In this document: piece after piece, positions 51,052 through 62,011 of the stretch
Numbering within the stretch: position 1 is the first letter of the stretch
How the letters are laid out: each line of letters opens with the position of its first letter
NCBI GenBank assembly: GCA_012026655.1
Contig: JAAILG010001052.1
Coordinates: 1 to 64,000, forward strand
Source: Hydrolagus affinis
Taxonomy: Eukaryota
Length of the DNA stretch: 64,000 bases
Direction: 5' to 3'
Program-made: the position numbers and the translations under genes
The notes under the pieces: generated by a model
The model's input: the letters and a program-made list of their open reading frames with translations, nothing else
The model's database searches: none
Told to the model about the DNA's origin: nothing

Positions 51052-51490
51052 AAACAACAACTTGTATTTATATAGCCCCCCACCCCCAAACCCCTCCCAA
51101 GCTGGGCGGTGTCTCAGCACTTTACAGTGGCAGAGCCCGAGACCAAGCCAGGCGGAGGGGGAAGGTGACCGTAAACGTGGTTGAAGAGTAAAGGCTCAAC
51201 TTGAAGATGGGAAAGGAGGGGGCGAGAAAAAGGGGTTGTGGAGGGAGTTTCAAAGCATCGAGGTGTAGTGGCTGAAAGCACGGCCGCCGATGGTGGAGCA
51301 GAGGATTTGGGAACAAGGAGGAGGCTGGACCCAATAGTGCGGAGGGAGAGAGGAGGTTAGAGAGCTAGGGGGATGCTGAGGAGTGCAGGGATTTAAACAC
51401 AAGAGTGAGGATCTTGAAGTCGATCCGCTCTGTGACAGGGAGCCAGTGGAGTTTGGCAAGGACTGGGGTAAGGACCGACTCAGAGCCCAC
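51052..51490 (-). mobile_element. L2 3' fragment
   Basis: Tail caacaacttgtatttatatagc plus ORF2 end (STIGGRAFSH). Confidence 0.78.
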
Positions 51491-54056
51491 AGACACACAC
51501 ACACACCATAGTTTTACATTTTAAAAATTCTACCTGGGACAAAAATAATGAAAACAGAAAGATTATTGCTAAATTCTGAGTGCTCAGCGACTATAATTGG
51601 ATCTTGTACACATTTGCTAGCTTTGTCCAGAAGCCAGTCTGAATTGTTTACTGGTATAAGTTAATTAATTCAGCAGAAATTAGCATGAGCACATACACTC
51701 AATTACACAAAGCCTCCCTCGCCCAATATATGTACAAAGCTCTGTTTCATAGAGGCATACAAACTCATAAATACACAACCCCCCGGTAGACAGACAATAC
51801 ATACACAAAAAAAAATACCCTCTCACATACATACACATAGCCACATACATAATGGTTATACACATGCAAGTTTTAAATACAAAAATACCAAAAGCTACAC
51901 ACGTACACAAAAAGAATCACACACATATTTGCAGCCATTTACAAAGCCAGGATTCAGGTTTCAGGATATTTGTAAACCGCGTGATCACTATTTTTAAATC
52001 ATTCTATAAATAAAAGTGAAAACATTGCTATGAGAGACAATGCAGACGATTGCAAATAATGCCTCCTTTATTTGAGATTAGCAAAATTTGTTAGAGAGAT
52101 AATTAATTTTTTACCCTTGCTTTTCATTTCAAGGAGACTCAATCAGTACTGACTTAACGACTGACAGCTTTGGATCGATACCCAGTAATGAAAAGGATGT
52201 AAATCCTGACTGAGTTAATGGAGCTGCCGGCTGACTGAGCACATGGTGTCTGGGTTTTGTGGCTCGATTGTCGGTTCATATTTGTAGTATTCTTTGTTGT
52301 GCCATTATATATCTTCATATTATTACACTGCACACTGAAGCAAACAAGGCCCAATACAAACATAAGTAGAGATATTGCATGATTTTGCAACAAAATTACA
52401 GTATGAATACACCACTGTAGTTATCGAGCTGGAGAAGGTTATCGCACAGAAAGATATTAATGCTAAATAATTTCTTTAACTATCTTGCACAACTTCCTGT
52501 ATTATATTATAAATCAAGAAATCAAATAAAGTGTATTCAAAATCCCAATTACCCCCCCCCACCCCCCCCCCTTGGTAAGGGATAAAACAAAGGATCCAAA
52601 TACTTTCTTGCACAGCAGGGGAGATGAGATTAAAGGAAAAATGTAAAATTTGTGAATTCTTCCCATGCTAATATATTCCATTTAGACCTGGTTGGTGTGA
52701 AATGCATCTCTTCCATGTTAATTTCCTGTTAGCCAGACTTTAACCATTCTCATCAACCAAGAAAATCCTGCCTCATTACTATGCTCCCCAATGGCTCATT
52801 AAAGGCACCGTGTGGTTGTGACAATCAGGACCGAAAGGATTATGTTTGGACACTGGCCTGGGCTAGAGACAAACGACCTCAGTATTTCAGCACTTGGAAG
52901 TAGGGGGCGATATATCAGAGCAGGGTCCAGTTTCTGATTTAATTTGCTTTGACCCAGTTGAAAATTCCAAGTGTGGACAGGATTAAACTGGGCTGAAGTG
53001 ATTTATGTCTAGGTTCATTTAATGGGTATGTTTTGAGGTCTTGGATCTCAATGATGTGGGGAAAGGGTTGGGCGGGGGGGGGGGGGAGGGGAAGTGGGAC
53101 TGATAAGATCCAGCACAGTTACGATGGATCGAATGGCCTCCTTCTATGCTGTAATATTCTCTGATTCGATGCAAGTTCTACATCTAGTTGAAACAAAGCA
53201 AGCTGCATTGCTTATGCCAAGGCTTCAATTCTATATTGAGATTCTCATTTTATAAATTACCTCTGTACTATTTGGGGTTTTCATGCAAATTTTCTGAACA
53301 CTGACAGGATTTATTCTGGCAGAATATAATATTCCAACTGTCACAAGTAAAGCTTCTCAGCTGTTCTTTTCTACTCAGTCATTTTCTGACTAATGTCACC
53401 ATTGACTGTGTGTGGGACATTGCTGTGTGCAATTGGCTGCCGCGTTTCACCCACAAAATACACAGTCAGTCCACTTTACAATATATTCTGTGAAGCGCTT
53501 TGTGACGTCTCAAAGACATGATAAGGCGCTATATCAACAATGCAAGGGTTATTATTATTATTATTAATATTGAAAGTGTATACTGACAAACATCAATGAG
53601 TAATTTGTTCTGTTGCAAAGACTAAAACGAACATGAAACCTTGGGTTATTAAATAGCATGACCAATTCAAACATTTGCAGAACAGATTTAAGAAGATTAC
53701 TGCAGTCAGTGAGTCTTTGCCGCTGGGCAAATGACACCTGCTGTCTGTTCGTCAGGTTCCTTTCACTACTTTGATTCTATGTCTTCAATTTACACCTCTT
53801 CATATCTAGCAGATGGCGAGTTCTTGTTTTAAGTGTAAAATAACATTTGGTCTGTGGCACTGGAGCCAACAAAGATACCACCAACCTGTTCCAACTTTAA
53901 CTGTACAGCATTGAGGAAGCCCTGAGCATTTACAATTCTTCTTACACAAGCTACAGTGCACAGTTAAGCATGTATCGTCAAGGCTACATAGCTATTGTGC
54001 TCCAGGAACTCCACAAGATCAATTGTCCAGTCATTGGGGGACATGTATCAGCTTTT

Positions 54057-54361
54057 AATAATAATAATAATTCTTGCATTTGATTTAGCGATTTTCACAT
54101 CTTATCGATGTCCCAAAACGCTTCACAGAATATATTATAAAGTGAATTGACTGTATATTTGTGGGCGAATCTCGGCAGCCAATTGCGCACAGCAGTGTCA
54201 AATGACCAATTTTATTCTTGTGGTTTTTGGGGGAGGGATTATTATTAGGCGTGTGGAGTAAGGAAACTTGCCCAAGGTTTCGCCCTGACCTGCCTGGATT
54301 CGAACACAGGTCTCCCCAGCTTGCAAGACAAGTGCTCTAACCACGAAGCCACAGGAGCTCC
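54057..54361 (-). mobile_element. tRNA-derived SINE, short form
   Basis: Full-length match to the family. Confidence 0.88.
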
Positions 54362-55842
54362 AGCTTTTCACTGATTAGCATGCACATCAACCTTTTGTAT
54401 GGTCAGCATATGCCCCAACTTCTCAAACCTCACTAGTTATCTTGTCAGCCCATATACTGGCCACCGTGGATTTCAGATACATCTCCTATCGAGATAATTA
54501 AATACTGATAATCAAAAAATGACCGCTGTGTAGTATATTTGTTTATGTGGGCTCCGTGCTTTCGGCTGTGTTTAGTTTAAGTTTTGCAAATCCATCCCTT
54601 GTGCTAATAAAACAACTATAAAGCAATTTTCTATTCATAATTGATTTTACATGCATAATGTAACACTATTTTCTAATTTAAACATGCATAACTTATTTAT
54701 AAGCAGACTGCAAAAAATTCTCAACTTACTGAATAGCCGGAATAGGCCCTATTAGTTATTGTATTGAAATCATTTCTATAAACATTGCCATCTATGACTG
54801 TAAAGCTTCATGTAACCACCAATCAATTGTTTTTTATGGATCCCTGAATACCACAGGAATGAATTATAATCCTGCCACAAGTGCCTAGTATATCTCAGCT
54901 GATCCTTGCCTTTGGTTCAGCAGATTGTGAATTCAGACCCACGTGGGACTGTGAGTTTATACAATAGTTTAGGCTGGAGTTTATACAATAGTTGATAGTG
55001 ATTGGGGAGGAGGGGAAAGCAAAGAACGGTCAGAAGTGCCATCCTTCAGATGAGACAGTAAACCAAACTTAATCTAAAATATAAAAAGTTTTTTAAAAAT
55101 TAGGTGTCAAGGATTGCATTTCTTGATTTGAAAACAATTTTTGTTCTGGATAACTTGGCTCACAGGGTCACAGAAGAATGAATTGGTTATTTGCGAAGCT
55201 GTTTTGAGATATTTCAAATCGATAAGACACTATAAAATGAGAGTTTGTTGTGTACTCAGGCACATATATTCCAACAAGTGTTATTTTTCTTAAGTTAACA
55301 AGTGTCAGGATTATTCTATGTTTGTGTTGTTAGTAACCATAAGGTAGGATATCATTTTATGCTTAATTTCCCATTCAACAATTTCTTCAGTTGACCCACT
55401 TTAAGAAATGTATATCTGTCAGAGCAGCTCTCCGTTTAACAGAGGGAACCCCAACAATGGAATTTCATCTCAATCAATGTGTTAATTGTCCCAGTCTTTC
55501 CGAATTCCATTAACAGGAACGCATACTGATTCAGACAAGCTTAGAAAACGTTAACACAAGACAATCATAATGAGTTGAGCTGAAACTTTTGCAAAATGGG
55601 TTGAATGAATACTTAATGGAAAAAAACGTGTTAACTTTGTGATTGCCAGTTCACTTACTGTTAAGCTCAGGCTCTTCAAAAACATGCTCGCTGAAAAGCA
55701 AGCATCTAAAAGCCAGCCAATATCAACAATTCAGATGTTAAACTCTCAAACAAGTAAACCTTAGCTGCCTGTATTATAGTGGAGTTTTGTGGTAATGTGG
55801 TTATTGAGATCAAAACAACAAAGGGCATTCTTCATCCAGATC

Positions 55843-56119
55843 AATAATAATAATAATCCTTGCATTTGATATAGTGTTTTATCACATCTTCAAGATGTTT
55901 CAAAGTGCTTCACTGAATATACTGTAAATAATAATAATAATCCTTGCATTTGATATAGCGCTTTCCACATTTTTTAGACGTCTCAAAGCGCTTCATAGAA
56001 TGTACTGTACAGAGAAATTATTCTATATTTTATGGGTGAAACGTGGCAGCCAATTGCGACAGCAGTACCCCACAGCATCCCACAAACAGCCGTGGAATGA
56101 AGCGACCAATTTCTCATTA
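55843..56119 (-). mobile_element. two tandem SINE tails; the second is interrupted by a MITE
   Basis: aataataataatccttgcatttgatatag occurs at ~55846 and ~55930. Confidence 0.8.
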
Positions 56120-56765
56120 CAGTATAAGCCCGTTTATCCGTGACTTGATGAACCGGCACTTCCCTATAACCGGCACGCCAAAAACATTCGTTAAACGGAA
56201 CTTATCTGGAACAATAGCAGTGGAGCATTTGTAAATGCATAAATAATAACATAATAACAGAATATTGTATTGGTACTTATTGTTAAAACTACTCTCTTGC
56301 GCTTTTTACCTTTGCTGGTAGATGCTGCGCTTGAAGCCATGATGCTGCGGTTGAGGTTTATAGTCCAGCGATTCTTTTAACCTACATTGTTGCGCTGGTA
56401 CAGTATTTCAGTTTGCCGCTAGTAGAGTCTAGAGCTTTGGTTTGCAGCTAGTAAAGTCGCGCGACTTTAAAATCGCGCTGCTGTTTTTTTCACCCGCTTG
56501 GCGTCCTCCATTTAAAAAAGAATCGCTGGACCGTAAACCTCAATCAGTAAAGGTGAGAAGTGCAAGAGAGTAGTTTTAGCAATAAGTACCAATACAATAT
56601 TGTGTTATTATCTGTTATTATTTAGTCTGGTGTGTACGGTGTGTGTTAAAAGAACTTAAATTTTTTTGTGGTGGGTTTTCGGCCGCGGGCCGCCTGAATA
56701 TCCGGCAGGTGCTTTAACCGGCATTGGCCAGGTCCCACGGGTGCTGGATAAACGGGCTTTTACTA
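56120..56765. mobile_element. Tc1/mariner (Tigger/pogo-like) MITE, 646 bp
   Basis: TA|CAGTATAAGCCCGTTTATCC ... GGATAAACGGGCTTTTACTA|TA (TIR 18/20, TA TSD); long internal inverted repeat. Confidence 0.88.
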
Positions 56766-56831
56766 TATTAATAATTATTAACAAGATCAATCTTGTGTTG
56801 AGAGAAAATTCAGATCATTGGGTCAGTAACA

Positions 56832-57421
56832 TCTATGCTATGGGAACTCCCTCCTCGTCGGCCTCCCCAGCTCCTCCCTTCACAGGCTGCAGATCATTTA
56901 GAATTCTGCAGCTCGTGTACTCTCCTGTACCAGGCTTCACGATCACATCACTCCCACCCTCGCCCGTCTCCACTGGCTCCCATCACCCAGAGGATCGAAT
57001 TCAAGATCCTCGTCGTCACCTTCAAGGCCATTCACGGCCTTGACCCGCCTATCTCTCTGACCTGCTGTCTCCCTATCAGCTGCCCGCACCCTCCGTTCAG
57101 CAGACTCAGGCCTCCTCCGCGTCCACCGCCCTAACCCCCCAACCATCGGTGGCTGGGCTTTCAGCCTCTCTGCTCCCACACTGTGGAACTCCATCCTGCA
57201 GCCCCTGCCCCTCGCTTCCTCCCTTTCCTCCTTCAAGGCCGGTCTCAAGACCTTCCTCTTCGACCGCGCCTTCGGCTACCCCACTAATTCTTCCCCCTCT
57301 CCTACTCTCCCACCCCTTCCCCCAACCCCCGCTCGGGTCCCGACCAGACTGTTCAGCGCTTTGGGATGTTCTCCCGACGTGAAAGGCGCTATATCAGTGC
57401 AATTTTGTTGTTGTTGTTGTT
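56832..57421 (+). mobile_element. young L2 3' fragment
   Basis: QRIEFKILVVTFKAIHGL motif, C-rich UTR, stem-loop and (TTG)n tail. Confidence 0.9.
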
Positions 57422-57607
57422 ATTCATTGTGTGTGTATATAAAGCAGGAATTGATGTTGGCACTGACCTAATTAACTGAAAGTCAGCAATTTTATAGCAC
57501 GTTTCACATCAGGAGGATATCCTAAGGCGGATGTCCTCAGATAGTCAATACATAGCAAGTAGGCAGTCTGTGTGCAGTACAACAGTTTGAGAATCATATG
57601 GAACCAT

Positions 57608-57960
57608 TAGGGTCCGTTGTTATCTAAATTTTCTGATAACGATATATCGGTTTGCCCATATCGATATGGGCAAACCGATATATCGATATTGGAAAACCCT
57701 GATATTTTGTCCTGCGCATGCGGGGGTGCGTGCGCATTCAGAGGTGTGCGTGTATTCGGGGGTGCACAAGTTTAAAAAGTCTGCATCATACCGATATAAA
57801 CCGATATATTGATATATCGCCGGACACGATATACCGATATTTGCGATATATTGATTTTTTTTTCATATTGAATTTTTCAATATATCGATATTTTAAATTC
57901 CAATATCGGCATATCGATATGAAAATTATATAGATATAACTGATATATCGCCGGACCCTA
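57608..57960. mobile_element. hAT-type MITE, 353 bp
   Basis: TIR TAGGGTCCG...CGGACCCTA; 8-bp TSD GGAACCAT/GGAATCAT; many CGATAT/ATATCG subterminal motifs. Confidence 0.88.
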
Positions 57961-58232
57961 GGAATCATAGAATCCTACAGCGCAGAAGGAGCATCATCAG
58001 GCCTGTGTTGGCTCTGAAAGAGTTACCCAACCAGTCCCACACCCCTGTAGTTTCCCCATTGCACTGCAAAATTTTCCTTTTCAAGAAAATATCAAACTCC
58101 CTTTTGTAAAGTTATTATTGAATCTGCTTTCACAGTCTTTCAGGCAGTGCATTCCAGAGAGGAACAACTTGCTGCGAGAAAATATTTCTCCTCATCTCCC
58201 ATCTGGTTCATTTGCCAAATATCTTGAATCTG
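57961..58232 (-). mobile_element. CR1-type LINE 3' fragment (tail split by the hAT MITE)
   Basis: ggaatcatagaatcctacagcgcagaagg tail continues left of the MITE as gagaatcat. Confidence 0.75.
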
Positions 58233-59319
58233 AGACACATTGCCATATAATGTATATTGTTACTGAGCTACAAGAAGATGTGTTATATTGTATCCCATTA
58301 CACAATTAACTAGTATTCAAGTTTGGATTCTGCCAAAAGTTCTTTTTTTAAAAAAATTATAATCTGTTTTGAAACTATGAGTTTAACCTTGAACACTTTT
58401 CCCACACAAACAGCCCTGAAAGAACTGTAACGTCACCATGGGAAAGCTAATTTGTGCAGCCAGACTTGCTCTCATTAAAAGTAACATAACGATAAGATAT
58501 TCTTCAATTGGCCTGTAAAACTCATCAATTGTGAAATTTGGGTGTATAATTTTAAGATCTACATAAAGTGTCGACAGCTTTAACTGCTTTGATTGGTTTC
58601 ATCCTCAAATACAGCCCAGATAAATGATGATCAGCAATATACACAGACGTTTGACGAATGCAAGATTTGGAGAACAATATTTTTTGGGGGCAGTCATGTG
58701 ACAAAAAAAAACAGCGCTATTCTTAAGAGTATCCACTATCCAAACCAGTCACAGTTAATCCAAACCTGATAGTCTGTAATCAGCAGTGCCCTGGAGTACT
58801 ATGGACCCAGAGTACTGGCTCAGGAACAGGACTATCAAAACTGCACAGAGGGTCTGACTCAATTCAGACATTCAATTGTCAAGCCACATCACCTTGGTGT
58901 TGTCTCAAGAAGTCTCAAGAAGAACTCACTTGTTTCCAATCTACGCTATTCACCAGAACAATGTAGTGCAGTATATACAATAACTGACTAATCCATCACA
59001 ACTATAATGCACCCAAGAAAGAATGAAACGAAATGTGACAGTGTTGAAAGAAAGTTGGATAACAACAACAACTTTGATTTATATAGTGCCCTCCACGCTG
59101 GATGGCGTCTCAGAGCGCTTCACAATAACAGATCCCAGGACAGAAAACAAAGAATAGAGGGTAAATAAGGTTTTCAGAATGGAGGGATGTTGGAGTGGAG
59201 TTCCTCAGGAGTTAGTGTTAGAACAAATACTCTTTCGATATATAAATTAATTGGTTTCAAGGAGTAAAATACCAAAACTTGCAGCCAACCCAAATACAGT
59301 ATACGGGAGGATAGCAAAT

Positions 59320-59970
59320 TTCAGAGGGATATAGATAAGATTAACTGGGAGGAGGATTGCAAATTTTATAGGGATCTAGATAGGATTTTTGCATCTGGAT
59401 GATAGATGAAATTTCATACACAAAGAATAAGGTGATACATTTTGGTAGGATGAATATTGAAAGGAATTATATTTCAAAACTTTAAAAGGTGTGGAATTGC
59501 TTGAGAGACCCAGGGATTAACATGTACAGAATTTTAAAAGTGGGAGAGCAAGTTGACGTAGACATGTGAAAAAGAACTAATGGGATCCTAAATTTTATAC
59601 ATAGAAATGTAGAATACAAAAGCAAACTGGTAATACTAAACCTGTAGAAATCATTGGTTATGCCACAATTAAAATAATACAATTCTGAATTATTTGGTTT
59701 TGAAGCTCAATTCTGTGTCACCATTTCAGGAGAGATATCAAAGCCACAGAATGAGGAGATTTATTATAATGTACCAGGTAGGAGACATTTTAATTACAAA
59801 GAGAGATCAGAAATATTGGGGGTGTTTTCACCGCAACAAAGACTGAGAGGAGTCGTGACAGAAATTGCAAAATTACCAGAGGTTTTAAAAAGGTAAAGAA
59901 GGAAAAACAATTTGCACTTGTCAGTGAGTTGGTAACAGTGAAGAATGAGTTCAAGATCTTAACAAAAAAC
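59320..59970 (+). mobile_element. highly degenerate CR1 ORF2 3' region
   Basis: Remnants of QRDIDR, MKF...KVIHFGR, L..YKSLV.PQL motifs with many stops. Confidence 0.65.
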
Positions 59971-61853
59971 ACTCACAGGATTGGTTTGCATGCAGAAGAC
60001 CTTTCCGCCCAATTGATTCTCTAGAATTGCTGCACTACAACAACTTGGCATTTATATAGCGCCCGCCATGCCATAAGCTGCACTACGCCACGGTAGGGTC
60101 TCAGAGAGCGTAACAATGGCGGAGCCCAAGGCCGAGCCAGTGGCAGGGGGAAGGTGTCTGTAAGAACGGTTGATCCTACTATCCTCTCCTCACAGCATCA
60201 AACGAAGAGAAATGTTAGGAGGGCAATTATTACAGAGGCTTGCCAGCCAATCAAAGACCTTGGTTGACGTAGATTCTATAATATTTTATGACAGGGAATT
60301 AATCACCAAGTTGACTAGTATAATTAAGAGGAATGGGGAAAAGGCAGGAGAGAGGGATTGAATGGGGCCATCATGGACACAGTAAGCCAAATAACTTCCC
60401 TCTGTGTTGGACGTGCTAAGCTTCCTGCTTCCATAAGATGAATGACGGAGCACGAAAAGGTGCGTTGGTGCACCGTGGATGGCACAGTCCATCTTTTGAA
60501 GCAGTAATTATTCACACAGGGAGCAATGACATTGACCAAGAACTGTGTCTGAATACACCGCTTCCCTTTGAAACTTCCACCTGCAGCACAGGAGCTCATC
60601 TTCACAAACATGACAAATACTGTTGTGTGGAATGCTATAGTTGTAGCTCCCTGACAGATCACATCCTTTCTCTTTGTTTGGAATTGGTACAGTATTGGCA
60701 GACAGTAGGAAAAGACTACGGTGGGAAATACAAGCCACCAGTATTCCTTCTGGCACTAGACAATCAAAGGGGTTGATAAAGCACTCAAATAGCTGGCAGC
60801 AGAATTCCTTTGAGTCAGTATGATGTACAGTATGATGTGCAGTATTGTCTAAGGATGTTTCTCGACACTCCGCACCGTGATTTCCCCTCCAGCATAATAA
60901 GGCCCGAGTTCAATTTGCTGAAGTTGGTACAGGCTGTGATTTGTTGACCCAGAAATCCGCGGTTTTCGAGGCTGGAGCAAGCCAGTGCACAGGAAGTGAG
61001 CCAGGACGATGCGTGCACACACAGTGACGAGAGGCACTGATTGTCTATCCAGCCCAGTTACAATCCAGGTTGTGATTTTATGGACCTCCCACTTTATAAT
61101 GGAGCTACTCTGCATGACAATGGTTAGATTCCATTAACATTACAATACTGGATACTGTGTGCACACAATTACACTGAGTTACTGTATAGAGAATCTACAA
61201 TACCGAAACAGGTCTTTCAGCCCAACTTGCCTGTGCCAGTATTTATACTCCACATACATCTCCACTTATCCTTCTCCTTCTCGTCTGCCTCTTCCCAGAT
61301 CTGTCTATGCTCTACTCCCTAATGCATTAAATAAATAAACTAAATACATTAGATAAACTAAGTAGAATTCTCAATATGGCAGCCCCACTTGACTTCTGCA
61401 TCAGAGCCTAACTTTTTCATAGCAATGACCTCAACTTACTTCATCAGATGGATCCCAGATCAAATCCAATTTCAGAGTTTGTAGATGGAGTATCCCACGG
61501 AGGCTGAGAACCAATCTAATTTAAGATGGATTGATTTAGCTATGACAAACTCAGGAACAGACCTATATTTTCTCTGTTCTGTTCAACATCACCTTGAACA
61601 GCAGACATTTTCTCTCTTTCAAAAGTGGATTGAATTTCTGTGGCAGACTTATTGCTTTGTCCAATTCTTTGCTTTTTGCCTGATAATACACTTTTCAACA
61701 TTTTTGTTTAGCTGCTGAGCAAATGCTTTAATTAAAAAGTAGGAGGAAGAGTGGGGTAGAACAGAAAAGAATTACAGAGCCATCCAAACCATGATTCCTG
61801 AACCTGTATCCCAGACTGACGAATAAATGCAATAAATTAGAAAGCTCACTTAC

Positions 61854-62011
61854 CTTCAGAATGACACAGTGCTCTCCTTTGGCATACATTATTATTCCAT
61901 TACTCTGCATTGTTCTCAAATGTAGCCCCAGCTTCAGTTCATCTCTTTTACTGCTTTCTGCCACTCGGTACTTAATATAACTGTTGCCAGCAAAGCTGAG
62001 TGAAGCGTGAC
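61854..62011 (-). CDS. fat3: fat3 exon: N-terminal part of laminin-G domain ([15 protein letters not shown]...HCVILK)
   Basis: Acceptor ttttccttaatgtgtccag|GT and donor AAG|gtaagt; 158 nt, phase 1 to 0; LamG-type SFxGNSY and LRTxQxNG motifs. Confidence 0.93.

Larger units (their letters stand above)
20566..62011 (-). other. fat3: 3' part of protocadherin Fat 3 gene (spliced; 5' exons lie beyond the right edge of the window)
   Basis: Eight GT-AG exons join in compatible phases to encode LamG-EGF-EGF-EGF-TM-cytoplasmic tail. Motifs [31 protein letters not shown] and [10 protein letters not shown] are FAT1/FAT3 hallmarks. The C-terminus [10 protein letters not shown] resembles FAT3 (TQV) rather than FAT1 (HTEV), from recalled sequences. 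Confidence 0.93.
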
